DNA of 64,000 nt from Gemmatimonadota bacterium (GCA_012267435.1 JAAXGM010000006.1:12736-76735), one strand, 5' to 3'. Positions 7,391 through 18,877 are shown, numbered from the stretch's first letter. Notes: generated by a model from the sequence alone, not told the origin. Numbers and translations: made by a program.

Positions 7391-8553
7391 GGCGCTTCTG
7401 GAAGCCAGTCACGAGTCTGGCGTGGGACGCCGGTGAGCCGGTGCACCACGATGTCGGCGATGCGCGCCGCCGCGTCGCCATCGCCGTAGGGGTTGGCGAA
7501 ACTTCCTTGCCGGTCCCCCTCCCCATTCCCATCGGCAAGCGCGGCCAAGGCCTCGCCGACGATGCGGTCGCGGTCGGTTCCCACAAGTCTGGCAACTCCC
7601 GCTGCCACGCCTTCCGGGCGCTCGGTCACCTCTCGCAGCACGAGGACGGGCGTGCCGAAGGTGGGCGCTTCCTCCTGGATTCCGCCGGAGTCGGTGAGCA
7701 CGAGGCTTGCCCTCGCGAGCACCCGAAGGAGATCCGGGTACGTCAGCGGATCCGTCAGATGAACGCGAGGATGGTCGGCGAGATGCTCGCGCGCCGGGCG
7801 AACGACATGCGGATTGGGGTGAACGGGATAGATGACCTCGACATCCGGACATCGATTTGCAATCTCGCGGACGGCGCAAAAGACTCGACACAAAGGTTGT
7901 CCGAACGACTCACGCCGATGGGCGGTGAGCAGCACCAGGGAGCCACCTCCCGCCAGAAGTTCGGCCAGCACCCCGTCTTCGATGTCCGCTTCTTGGCGGG
8001 CCAGCCGCAGGAGAGCATCGACGACGGTATTGCCTGTAACGTGAATCGAATCTTCGGAGACCCCTTCGTCCAGCAGGTTTTGCCGCGCTAGCGCGGTCGG
8101 CGCGAAGTGAAGCTCGGCAAGCGTGTCGGTCATGTGCCGGAACAGCTCCTCCGGGTACGGGGCCCATCGGTTGCGACTGCGCAATCCGGCTTCCACATGC
8201 CCCACCTGGATGCGCTCGAAGAAACCCACGAGCGAGCCGAAGAAGACGCTGGCCGTGTCGCCCTGAACCAGCATCATGGCCGGCTCGAAGTTGCGGATCA
8301 TGTCCCTTAGTCCTTCCATACAGCCCCGGCCGACGTCGTAGAGGGTCTGCCCGGACTTCATGATGTCCAGATCGAAATCTGGGGTGATGGAGAAGGCTGC
8401 CAGTGCCTGGTCGACCATGTCGGTGTGCTGCCCTGTCAAGGCGACCGCACTCTCCACCATGTCATCGCGTTCGCACAGCGCCTCCGCCACGGGGGCCATC
8501 TTGATCGCCTCCGGCCGGGTGCCGATCACGAGCAGGACGCGCGGCCGCGTCAT
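7387..8553 (-). CDS. wecB: UDP-N-acetylglucosamine 2-epimerase (non-hydrolysing)
   Basis: MTRPRVLLVIGTRPEAIKMAPV…LTGQH…VQGDT…HVEAGLRS…PEE.NR…TDSGGIQEE are hallmark WecB/MnaA motifs. Confidence 0.9.
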   Translation of the reverse strand: MTRPRVLLVIGTRPEAIKMAPVAEALCERDDMVESAVALTGQHTDMVDQALAAFSITPDFDLDIMKSGQTLYDVGRGCMEGLRDMIRNFEPAMMLVQGDTASVFFGSLVGFFERIQVGHVEAGLRSRNRWAPYPEELFRHMTDTLAELHFAPTALARQNLLDEGVSEDSIHVTGNTVVDALLRLARQEADIEDGVLAELLAGGGSLVLLTAHRRESFGQPLCRVFCAVREIANRCPDVEVIYPVHPNPHVVRPAREHLADHPRVHLTDPLTYPDLLRVLARASLVLTDSGGIQEEAPTFGTPVLVLREVTERPEGVAAGVARLVGTDRDRIVGEALAALADGNGEGDRQGSFANPYGDGDAAARIADIVVHRLTGVPRQTRDWLPEAP

Positions 8554-8614
8554 CCCCGGCGCCAGCTGTGGCGGGGATGGATTGCATCGGCGCGGCCGAC
8601 GCGGGACGACCCGC

Positions 8615-10093
8615 TCACAGGCGCTTGCGCATGCGCGCCGGGAGGATGCCGAGCTGGTCGCGATACTTGGCGACCGTCCGGCGCGCGATCTTCACGCCGT
8701 CGGCGCGCAGCAGCTTGACCAGGGCCATGTCGGTGAGGGGCCTGTGAATGTCCTCCCCGGAGATGAGCGCCTCCATCTTCGCCTTGACTCCGCGAGCGGA
8801 AATGTCGGTGCCGCTGGTGGTTGAGAGCCCGCTCGAGAAGAAGTACTTGAGGCTGAAGACGCCGCGCGGCGTCTGGACGAACTTCTCGTTGGTCACGCGC
8901 GACACGGTCGATTCGTGCATCTCGATATGGTCGGCCACCTCGCGCAGGGTGAGCGGGCGCAGATGCTGAACCCCGTTTTCGAAAAAGCCGCGCTGCCGTT
9001 CGACGATGTACTGCATCACCTTGAGCATCGTCTGGCGTCGCTGTTCGATGGCTTGGATCATCCAGCTGGCGGAATTCAGTTTGTCCTTGATGAACGTCTT
9101 GTTTTCTCCCTGGAACAGGCGCTTGTCGCGGGCGACTTCCCGGTACGAGCGCGCCAGCCTCAGCTGAGGCATGCTGGTGTCGTTGGCGAACACCATGTAC
9201 TCGCCGGAGATCTTCTCCACGATCAGATCCGGGACGATGTAGTGCTCGGGTTCGGGCGAGTACCTGAGTCCCGGTTTCGGATCCAGCTTGGCGAGCCGAT
9301 CGGCGGTATCCTGCACCACCCGGGGCGCTACGCCGAGGGCGCGGGCGATGTTGGCCCAGCGGTGGGCCACGAGGTCGTCGAAGTGCTCGTCGACCATGGT
9401 CTGGATGAGTTCATTCTCCTCACCCGATTCGCGCAGCTGGATGAGGAGGCATTCGCGCAGATCGCGTGCGCCCACGCCCGGGGGATCCATGTCCTGCACG
9501 ATCTCGAGCATCGCCTCCACTTCACCCACGCCGAAGGGGGCGAGCATCCTGGCCAGCTCCTCCGGAGATTCGTCCCCGGCGGCATCGAGGGCGAGGTCCC
9601 GCACGTCATCGAGCCAGCTGTTGAGGTCTTCGGCGATGGTTTCCAGCGGACAGCGCAGGAGGCCGTCGTCGTCGATGTTGCCGATGATCTCCTGCGCGAT
9701 CCTCTGCTCGCGGCCGGAGAGCGTCAGCAACCGAGTCTGGTTCTCGAGATGATCGCGGAGGTCGGGAGCTCTGGACGGCGTGGGGAAGTCGAAGTCACGG
9801 GGTTCGTATTGGGCGCGGCGTCCGCCGGCGTCGAACCCATCGAGCAGGATGGATTCCCAGTCGACCTCGTCCCCGTCTTCGTCCACGCCGTCCTGGTTGA
9901 GTTCCACCTCCTGCTCGGTGTCGCCCTCGACCACCTCCAGGAACGGGTTTTCCGCCATCTCCTGCTTCAGACGCTGCTGAAGGTCGAGCAGCGGAAGATG
10001 AAGCAGCTCCATCGCCTGGTACAGGCGCGGGTTGATCTTCATCTCCTGCCTGAGCTCCGGGCTCTGGATGAGCCGCGCGCCGAGACCGCTCAT
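8615..10093 (-). CDS. rpoN: RNA polymerase sigma-54 factor
   Basis: It has the region I sequence (LRQEMKINPRLYQAMELLHLPLLDLQQRLKQEMAENPFLE), an acidic region II and the C-terminal RpoN box (ARRTVAKYR). The ATG overlaps the lptB stop. Position downstream of lptB matches the arrangement in many diderms. Confidence 0.95.
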   Translation of the reverse strand: MSGLGARLIQSPELRQEMKINPRLYQAMELLHLPLLDLQQRLKQEMAENPFLEVVEGDTEQEVELNQDGVDEDGDEVDWESILLDGFDAGGRRAQYEPRDFDFPTPSRAPDLRDHLENQTRLLTLSGREQRIAQEIIGNIDDDGLLRCPLETIAEDLNSWLDDVRDLALDAAGDESPEELARMLAPFGVGEVEAMLEIVQDMDPPGVGARDLRECLLIQLRESGEENELIQTMVDEHFDDLVAHRWANIARALGVAPRVVQDTADRLAKLDPKPGLRYSPEPEHYIVPDLIVEKISGEYMVFANDTSMPQLRLARSYREVARDKRLFQGENKTFIKDKLNSASWMIQAIEQRRQTMLKVMQYIVERQRGFFENGVQHLRPLTLREVADHIEMHESTVSRVTNEKFVQTPRGVFSLKYFFSSGLSTTSGTDISARGVKAKMEALISGEDIHRPLTDMALVKLLRADGVKIARRTVAKYRDQLGILPARMRKRL

Positions 10094-11283
10094 GCCGCCA
10101 CGGGAGGATTGAAGCGCTTGCGCATGCGATCGGTCAGGACGGGACCGAGGTAGATCTCGGCGACTTCGTCGTTCCAGACCAGTTCGGAGACGGTGCCGAC
10201 GACCCGGATGCGGCCCTCGTGCATGATGTAGGCGCGGTCGACGATCTCCAGCGTCTGCTCCACGCTATGGTCCGAGATGATGACCCCGATGCCGCGGTGG
10301 CGCAGCCCGGCCACGATCTGCTGGATGTCGTTGACGGCGATGGGATCGATTCCGGCGAAGGGTTCGTCGAGGAGCATGAACTTGGGACGCTGGACGAGCG
10401 CCCGGGTAATCTCCAGCCGGCGCCGTTCCCCGCCGGAGAGCGAAAAGGCCTTCGAGTGGCGAAGGTGGCCGATGGAGAGTTCCGACAGCAGCTCGTCGAG
10501 GCGCTGTCCGCGCTCGGCCTTCGGCAGCGGGAGGGTCTCCAAGATCGCCAGTACATTCTGCTCGACGGTCAGACGCCGGAAGACGGAAGGTTCCTGGGCG
10601 AGGTAGCCGACCCCGAGGCGAGCGCGCCTGTACATTGGAATGCCGGTCAGCACCCGGTCGTCCAGCCGAACATCTCCGGCCTGGGGCGAGATCAGCCCGA
10701 CCATCATGTAGAAGGTCGTGGTCTTGCCGGCTCCGTTCGGTCCGAGCAGCCCGACGATCTCGCCCTGCTCCACGGCGATGTCGACCTCGTTCACGACCTT
10801 GCGTCCGCCGTAGCTCTTGGTCAGCCCGGTCGCGACCAGCCGGCTCGCCGGCACCGAGGCGCCGTTGTCCGCGGACTCGCTGGCCAGGACGCCGAACTTG
10901 TGCTGCAGGACCACCGCCAGCGCCTCGATGTTCTCGACCAGCGAATCGCGGTCGACGGCCATCTCCTCCCACAGCTCGGCTTCGAAGGCCAGACGCTCCC
11001 AGCCGTCTTCGCGGGGATCGCGCCCGGCGATGCCGATGGCCTCCAGTCGCCCGATCACCTGTTCCTCCAAGTAGCCGCCGAGCTCTCCGCCGCGCTCGCG
11101 CCAGGATGCCTTCAGATGAAGTTCGAGCTCTTCGTACTGGCGGCGCACCGACGACACCCAGTCGTCCCGGCCCACGGATCCCGATTCGTCCGCGCCCCGG
11201 ATCAGTTCCAGAACCGCGACCGCCACCGAGACATCGTGCGGCTCGAGTTCCCGCATGAGTTCCAGAAAGCGTTCCAGCGTCAT
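10090..11283 (-). CDS. lptB: LPS export ABC transporter ATPase LptB with an N-terminal extension
   Basis: The core starts around aa 150: LVATGLTKSYGGRKVVNEVDIAVEQGEIVGLLGPNGAGKTTTFYMM…LSGGERRRLEITRAL…LLDEPFAGIDP. The ORF begins at ATG 11283, 1 nt after the lptA stop. An alternative in-frame GTG at 10854 would give a canonical 254-aa protein. Confidence 0.85.
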   Translation of the reverse strand: MTLERFLELMRELEPHDVSVAVAVLELIRGADESGSVGRDDWVSSVRRQYEELELHLKASWRERGGELGGYLEEQVIGRLEAIGIAGRDPREDGWERLAFEAELWEEMAVDRDSLVENIEALAVVLQHKFGVLASESADNGASVPASRLVATGLTKSYGGRKVVNEVDIAVEQGEIVGLLGPNGAGKTTTFYMMVGLISPQAGDVRLDDRVLTGIPMYRRARLGVGYLAQEPSVFRRLTVEQNVLAILETLPLPKAERGQRLDELLSELSIGHLRHSKAFSLSGGERRRLEITRALVQRPKFMLLDEPFAGIDPIAVNDIQQIVAGLRHRGIGVIISDHSVEQTLEIVDRAYIMHEGRIRVVGTVSELVWNDEVAEIYLGPVLTDRMRKRFNPPVAA

Positions 11284-11284
11284 T

Positions 11285-13459
11285 TCATCTCCGTGTGGCA
11301 GGGGGCGCCGCGGTCGTGTCGGGTGTCGCGGTGGTGTCGGCGGGCGGGGGTGCTAGGGGTTCGAGCTGTACGCCCTGGGCGTTGCCTTCCACGATGACCG
11401 AGGTCACTTCGCCGTCCTGCATGAAGATAGTGATCAGGTCTCCCCGGACGTAGTGAAGGGCGAGCCGGTTGTCCGGCTCCGGCTGCGCGGTCGCTTCTTC
11501 TCCCCCGGCCTCTCCCGTGGGTTCCGGCGCGCCGGGGTCTGCCTCCGTTGCGGTTTCCTCCGTGGGCTCCCCGGAGACATCGTCCTCGGCGACAGCTTCT
11601 TCCGCGACTTGCCCCTCGGCTTCCTCCTCTGCCGCGGCCTGCCGCGGGGGCTCGGCGACGACGTCTTCTTCCCCTTCTCCCGCCCCCTCTCCTTCCTCTG
11701 CCCCGCCCCCGCCGGAGGGAGTCATGCGGTAGAGGCTCGCCGCCTCGCCACGAGCCACCAGCCGATCGAGCTGGTAGCCGCCGGACGCCTCGCCCGCGGC
11801 CGGTTCGGCGCCGGCTTCAGCCGACGTGTCGGCGGCGACGGGCTGAAAGACCGCGATAATCGTGTCGCCGGAGACCCAGTCCGAGCGCGCGATCTCCGGC
11901 GTGTCCTCGGTGTTGAGGGAATCGCGCGCGAGCGACTCTCCGCGCGCATCGCCCACGGCGACCACGCGCTCGAGCGCTTCGTTGGGAGCCAGGACGTCGA
12001 TGGAATCCCCCTCCAGCTCGAACGTCTCGGCCAGGGCGCGGGGCCGGGCCGGAGGAAGCACCGCAGCCGAGTCTCCGTTCTCGCCCGACGTGTCGCGCAG
12101 GGCGTCCGCGTCTCCGGGGGCCGGTTCCTCGCCGAGTGGGATCGCTTCGCCCAGCGCCAGTTCGGCGGACTCGGCTCGGAGGTCGGCGTCCACGGCCGCT
12201 GCCGCGGAATCCCCGGGTGGGCTGTCGCCTTCGTCCGGCGGCCCGGGAAGCTCCGTCTCCGGGGGCCGTTCGTTCATGGCCACGATGCGGTCAAGCACGC
12301 CGTCCCGCATCAACACCCGGATTTCGGGCGCGGTCAGGTCGATCTCGCTCCCGGAGAGTGCGGCGTCACCTCGCGCCGCGACCTGGTTGCCGTCCATGTC
12401 CAGGTCCACCTCGTCGCCGCTCAGCACGTATTCGGCGCCGTATCCGAAAACGCGCGGCGCCGACCCCCGCAGAAAGAGCTTGCCGGTGGTTTCCCGGTAC
12501 TCGATGGAATCGGCGAGCGCGCGAAACTCATCGTTGTGGAGCTCCGCGTTGCCGGTGGCCAGCATGTAGTCCGCGCCGCTCAGGTAGATGCGCTCGGCAT
12601 CGATGTCGTAGGGCACGGGCGTGGTGTCCGGGGGTGATGGTTCGGGGTCCGGAGCCACTTCCCCGTCCGGACCCACTTCCTCGTCGGTCCCGGCGGCCGC
12701 CGAGTCGGTTGGAGCGGCGGAATCCTCTCGGTTTTCGGCGGCAACTGCGGCTGCCGCGCCGGTAGTATCCCCGGCGGCCGCCGAGTCACCTGCGGTCGCC
12801 GAGTCACCTGCGGCCGCTACTGTGTCGGATGGACGTTCGGTCGGATCGGCGGCTTCAGCGGGATCGCGCTCCGTTGCCGCGGAATCCGGCGGAGCTTCGG
12901 TCGAATCCGCGACCCCGGTCGGATCGTTCTCCGTCGCTGCGGAATCCGGCGGGGCTTCGGGTGAATCCGGCGGGGCCGCCTGCGGCGATACCAGGATGAC
13001 CGCGTGCGCGCGGCGCCCGTTCAGGCCGAGGATGGTCATCTCCCCGTCCTCGCGCCGGGAGCTGGAGCCGACGAGAACGGTACTGTCGCCCGTGAAGGTG
13101 GCGCCCGAGGTCCCATCGATGATGTGGACGTTGCCGACTCCGATCAGCCGGCCCTCGGAGGTGAAGTGGTCGGCGCGGTCCGCGGTCATGAACGCCGTCG
13201 AGTCGCGGTACTCGAAGTTGCCGACGAAGCGGGTGTGGCCCGAGACGTCATCGAGCACGGCGCTGTCCGCGCGGATGATGACACCCCCTTCGCAGCCGAA
13301 CACGGGATCGGAGATGAAGTTGAAGAAACCGTCCCTCGTCAGCTGCACGGTGGATGAGCGGGACTGGAGCAGGTCGCAGTTGCCCTGAGCCGCGACGCCC
13401 GTCGCCAGGCACAGGGCCAAGCCCGCCACCAGGGCCGCCAGAACCGGGGACGGGCGCAA
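11285..13459 (-). CDS. Giant LptA/OstA-like periplasmic protein (724 aa) with acidic low-complexity linkers
   Basis: It has a signal peptide (VLAALVAGLALCLATGVAAQ). OstA-like beta-jellyroll segments occur at the N-terminus (…IIRADSAVLDDVSGHTRFVGNFEYRDSTAFMTADRADHF…), in the middle (…AERIYLSGADYMLATGNAELHNDEFRALADSIEY…) and at the C-terminus (…LHYVRGDLITIFMQDGEVTSVIVEGNAQGV). D/E/P/A-rich repeats separate them. It sits between lptC and lptB. Confidence 0.6.
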   Translation of the reverse strand: MRPSPVLAALVAGLALCLATGVAAQGNCDLLQSRSSTVQLTRDGFFNFISDPVFGCEGGVIIRADSAVLDDVSGHTRFVGNFEYRDSTAFMTADRADHFTSEGRLIGVGNVHIIDGTSGATFTGDSTVLVGSSSRREDGEMTILGLNGRRAHAVILVSPQAAPPDSPEAPPDSAATENDPTGVADSTEAPPDSAATERDPAEAADPTERPSDTVAAAGDSATAGDSAAAGDTTGAAAAVAAENREDSAAPTDSAAAGTDEEVGPDGEVAPDPEPSPPDTTPVPYDIDAERIYLSGADYMLATGNAELHNDEFRALADSIEYRETTGKLFLRGSAPRVFGYGAEYVLSGDEVDLDMDGNQVAARGDAALSGSEIDLTAPEIRVLMRDGVLDRIVAMNERPPETELPGPPDEGDSPPGDSAAAAVDADLRAESAELALGEAIPLGEEPAPGDADALRDTSGENGDSAAVLPPARPRALAETFELEGDSIDVLAPNEALERVVAVGDARGESLARDSLNTEDTPEIARSDWVSGDTIIAVFQPVAADTSAEAGAEPAAGEASGGYQLDRLVARGEAASLYRMTPSGGGGAEEGEGAGEGEEDVVAEPPRQAAAEEEAEGQVAEEAVAEDDVSGEPTEETATEADPGAPEPTGEAGGEEATAQPEPDNRLALHYVRGDLITIFMQDGEVTSVIVEGNAQGVQLEPLAPPPADTTATPDTTAAPPATRR
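12780..12815. repeat. 18-bp tandem repeat inside lptA-like gene (GCCGAGTCACCTGCGGYC x2)
   Basis: 12780-12797 and 12798-12815 differ at one base. On the gene strand they encode AGDSA(T/A) units. Confidence 0.8.
12841..12980. repeat. 60-bp tandem repeat (~2.3 copies) inside lptA-like gene
   Basis: Units 12841-12900 and 12901-12960 are 47/60 identical (hand alignment), followed by a partial third unit. They encode the EAPPDSAATE(N/R)DP… acidic linker. Confidence 0.8.
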
Positions 13460-13460
13460 T

Positions 13461-14009
13461 TCAGGGCCCTCCGCCGCTCCGCGTTCGCTGGTTCTGGATG
13501 AAGATGCTCTCGAAATTGGCGTCGGACAGGAACGCGGATCCCTCGACCACCCGGCCTCCGTCCGTCATCGTCATGACCGTGGCCGAGTCGCTCCAGATGC
13601 GGTCCCGCTGGGGCTCGTAGTGGATCTCCGCGCTCTCGATGCGCCGGTCCGCCATTACGAGAACGGCGTCGCCGCGCGCGACCATGTGCTGGGTGTCCTC
13701 GTTCATCAGCCCGGTCCGGGAGGTCACGCGCGCCCGCTCCTCTCCGCCTTCGTCGTACATGATCAGGTTCAACGTGCGCAGCGCCACGGACGTCGAGTCC
13801 TGCCAGATGTAGGCGGTGTCGGCCTGGATGCGGGCCTCCCGAATGCCATCGACCGTCACATGGGTCACGATGTCGAAGAGGACCTGATCGGCCTGGAGCG
13901 CGCGCAGTTCTTCGGGGAGCGGCGTCGTCGCCACCTGCTCCTCGCACCCCGCGGCCGCCATCGCCACGAATGCCAACAATACCGCCATCTTATTTTGTTT
14001 CAACATCAT
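13461..14009 (-). CDS. lptC: LptC-like LPS export component (lipoprotein-type N-terminus)
   Basis: 182 aa with a signal/lipobox-like start (VLLAFVAMAAAGCEE) and an all-beta-like sequence of LptC/OstA type (…ARIQADTAYIWQDSTSVALRTLNLIMYD…ARGDAVLVMADRRIESAEIHYEPQRDRIWSD…). Position between kdsD and lptA supports the call. The start overlaps the kdsD stop. Confidence 0.6.
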   Translation of the reverse strand: MMLKQNKMAVLLAFVAMAAAGCEEQVATTPLPEELRALQADQVLFDIVTHVTVDGIREARIQADTAYIWQDSTSVALRTLNLIMYDEGGEERARVTSRTGLMNEDTQHMVARGDAVLVMADRRIESAEIHYEPQRDRIWSDSATVMTMTDGGRVVEGSAFLSDANFESIFIQNQRTRSGGGP

Positions 14010-15106
14010 AGAACTCCCGATCTCATCAAGTCGTGGAGGTGCACGACGCCGCGCAGCCCGCCCTCTCCGTCCACGACCGGCAAAGCCATGACCCCGTGCT
14101 CCTCCATCTCCCGGGCGGACGCCGAGGCCAGGGTTCCGAGGCGGGCCAGCCTGGGCTCCGGGCTCATGATGGCGCGGATGGGAATATGCAGAAAGTCCGG
14201 TTCGCGCTCCATGAGGCGCGTGAGATCGCCCGCGGTCACGACGCCCACGACCCGGTCCCGCCCGTCAACGATGGCCACGGTGCCGCGCATGCGCGCGAGC
14301 GGCACGATGCAGTCGCGCACGAGTGCGTCCTGGAGGAGGGACGGATACCCTTCCCCCACCATCACGTCGTCGACCAGAAGCGTGAGCCTGCGTCCGAGCG
14401 CGCCCCCCGGATGCAGACGGGCGAAGTCCGCGAGCTCGAAGCCCCGCCGCCGCAGGAGGACGATCGCCAGCGCGTCGCCCATGGCCATGGCGGCGGTGGT
14501 GGAGGTGGTGGGCGCCAAGTCCAGGGGACAGGCCTCCTCGGCCACCGAGCAGTCGAGGAGCGCGGTCGCATGCCGGGCCAGCGACGAGCGCTGATTGCCG
14601 GTTATCAGCACGATGGGCACTCCGTAGCGCAGCAGGTACGCGGCGAGCGCGGCGAGCTCCCCGGTATCGCCGCTCTTCGAGACCAGGATCGCGACGTCCT
14701 CGCGCGAGACGATGCCCAGGTCCCCGTGAAGCCCTTCCACCGGGTGCAGGAAGAAGGCGGAGGTGCCGGTGGAGGTCAGCGTGGCCGCGATCTTGCGAGC
14801 GACGATGCCGCTCTTGCCGATCCCCGAGACGATGACTCGGCCGGAAGCGGCAAGAACCGTCTCGACCGCCTCGACGAAGGCCTGGTCGGTGCGGTCCGCG
14901 AGGTGGAGGAGCGCGCGGCCCTCCGCGCGGAGCACCCGGGCCGCTTCGGCGATGGCGGAGGCGGCCGCGTCGGCGTCTCTCCCGGGCGGCGACGGCGCAT
15001 GCGTACGGGTCCCGCCCGCGTCAGCCGCTCCGGCCGCGCGTGTCTTCGGCGGGGACGTCATCGCTCCTGGCATCGCAATAACCCTGGACCACGTTTTCCC
15101 ATTCAC
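14006..15106 (-). CDS. kdsD: Arabinose-5-phosphate isomerase (SIS + tandem CBS domains)
   Basis: The SIS motif is GRVIVSGIGKSGIVARKIAATLTSTGTSAFFLHP…GDLG, and the C-terminus has a CBS pair. The start is uncertain: 15106 overlaps kdsC by 86 nt, and the ATG at 15061 or 15073 is plausible. Confidence 0.85.
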   Translation of the reverse strand: MNGKTWSRVIAMPGAMTSPPKTRAAGAADAGGTRTHAPSPPGRDADAAASAIAEAARVLRAEGRALLHLADRTDQAFVEAVETVLAASGRVIVSGIGKSGIVARKIAATLTSTGTSAFFLHPVEGLHGDLGIVSREDVAILVSKSGDTGELAALAAYLLRYGVPIVLITGNQRSSLARHATALLDCSVAEEACPLDLAPTTSTTAAMAMGDALAIVLLRRRGFELADFARLHPGGALGRRLTLLVDDVMVGEGYPSLLQDALVRDCIVPLARMRGTVAIVDGRDRVVGVVTAGDLTRLMEREPDFLHIPIRAIMSPEPRLARLGTLASASAREMEEHGVMALPVVDGEGGLRGVVHLHDLMRSGVL

Positions 15107-15623
15107 CGCGCGCCATCAGCAGGGCGCGCACGAATTCACGAACCGCTCCCCCACCCCCCTGCGCGCGCGTCTGCCAGATCGCGTCCCGCACCAGCTCCGG
15201 GGTGGCGTTCCCGACCGCCACCGGCAGTCCCACACGCCGAAAGACGGGAAGGTCGGGCAGGTCGTCCGCAAGCATGGCGACTTCGTCCCATGAAACCCCG
15301 TTGCGCGTGAGCAAGTTTCGTACCACGGGCATCTTCATCGCGCCGGGCACCTGATGACATTCCTCGATGCCGAGTTCGCGGGCGCGCAGCGCGGTCGCCG
15401 CCGAGACTCTGCCCGACACCAGCGCCACCCGCATCCCGGTCCCGATGAGGAGTTTGATCGCCAGGCCGTCCTGGATATCGAAGCGCTTGAGCTCCACGGG
15501 CGACCCGTCCGGCAGTTCGCCCATGTATACGCCGGAGTCGGTGAGCACCCCGTCCACGTCGAAGATGACGAGTCGGACCCGGCGCGCGGCCTCATCGGGG
15601 AATCCCCCGTCGATTCCGGTCAT
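15021..15623 (-). CDS. kdsC: Kdo-8-phosphate phosphatase (HAD superfamily)
   Basis: RLVIFDVDGVLTDSGVYM…KRFDIQDGLAIKLL…VALVSGR…MLADDLPDLPV…AVGNA matches the KdsC family. The ATG at 15623 overlaps the kdsA stop (ATGA). The longer 333-aa ORF upstream of that ATG is Arg/Gly junk. Confidence 0.85.
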   Translation of the reverse strand: MTGIDGGFPDEAARRVRLVIFDVDGVLTDSGVYMGELPDGSPVELKRFDIQDGLAIKLLIGTGMRVALVSGRVSAATALRARELGIEECHQVPGAMKMPVVRNLLTRNGVSWDEVAMLADDLPDLPVFRRVGLPVAVGNATPELVRDAIWQTRAQGGGGAVREFVRALLMARGEWENVVQGYCDARSDDVPAEDTRGRSG

Positions 15624-16402
15624 GAGAGCGCCCGCCGGATGGCGAGAACATCCTCCAGGAGCGGTGCGAGCGCCGTGAGTTCGAGCATGTTGGAGGAATC
15701 CGAAGGAGCGGTGGCGGGAGCCGGATGCACTTCGAGGAAGAGCCCGTCGCAACCGGCGGCGACGGCCGCCCGCACCAGGCATCCGATGAACTCGGGGTTC
15801 CCGCCCGTGCCTCCGCCGGCGTGTCCCTGGCGCTGTACCGAGTGCGTGCCGTCGAACACCACCGGAGTGCCGCATGCGCTTCGCACCCGGGCGAAGGAGC
15901 GCATGTCGACGATCTGGTCGCCGTAGCCGAAGAAGGTGCCCCGCTCGGTCACGGCCACCTCCCCGGCCCCTGCGGCGCGCGCCTTGCGCACGGCGTGCGC
16001 CATCTGCTCGGGAGACATCCACTGTCCCTTCTTGATATTGATCGCCGAGCCGGTGCGGCCCGCGGCGGTGATCAGGTCCGTCTGCCGACAGAGAAAGGCC
16101 GGGATCTGCATTACATCGGCCACTTCGGCGGCGGGCCCCGCCTGCGAGGGCTCATGGATGTCGGTGAGCACCGGGAGGCCGCAGTTCGCCTTGACCCGCT
16201 CCAGCGCCTGCAGGCCCTCCTCCAGCCCCGGTCCCCTCGCCGAAGCCAGCTTCGAGCGGTTGGCCTTGTCGAAAGAGGACTTGAAGAGCACCGAAAGACG
16301 ATGCCGGGCGGAAAGGGACGCCAAGGCCTCCCCGACCGCGAGGTTCACGTCGTCGCCTTCCAGCACGCAGGGTCCGGCGATGAGGAAGAAGTTCTCAAAC
16401 AC
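15620..16402 (-). CDS. kdsA: 2-dehydro-3-deoxyphosphooctonate aldolase (Kdo-8-P synthase)
   Basis: FLIAGPCVLE…FKSSFDKANRS…GLPVLTDIHE…IPAFLCRQTDL…NIKKGQ…FDGTHSVQ are characteristic KdsA motifs. Confidence 0.9.
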   Translation of the reverse strand: MFENFFLIAGPCVLEGDDVNLAVGEALASLSARHRLSVLFKSSFDKANRSKLASARGPGLEEGLQALERVKANCGLPVLTDIHEPSQAGPAAEVADVMQIPAFLCRQTDLITAAGRTGSAINIKKGQWMSPEQMAHAVRKARAAGAGEVAVTERGTFFGYGDQIVDMRSFARVRSACGTPVVFDGTHSVQRQGHAGGGTGGNPEFIGCLVRAAVAAGCDGLFLEVHPAPATAPSDSSNMLELTALAPLLEDVLAIRRALS

Positions 16403-16414
16403 CGCTGGCGTCCT

Positions 16415-18877
<2,463 letters not shown>

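Noticed and set aside
10854-10854. Treating the GTG at 10854 as the true lptB start, with 10855-11283 as a plain intergenic gap.
   Set aside because: This is not fully rejected. It is judged less likely because the upstream 143 codons are stop-free, start with an ATG 1 nt after the lptA stop, and have protein-like composition. It is flagged as a finding rather than resolved.
12780-12980. Tandem repeats considered as a CRISPR-like or minisatellite noncoding array.
   Set aside because: The units are directly adjacent with no spacers, have periods divisible by three, and lie in frame inside the lptA-like gene. They are coding low-complexity repeats.
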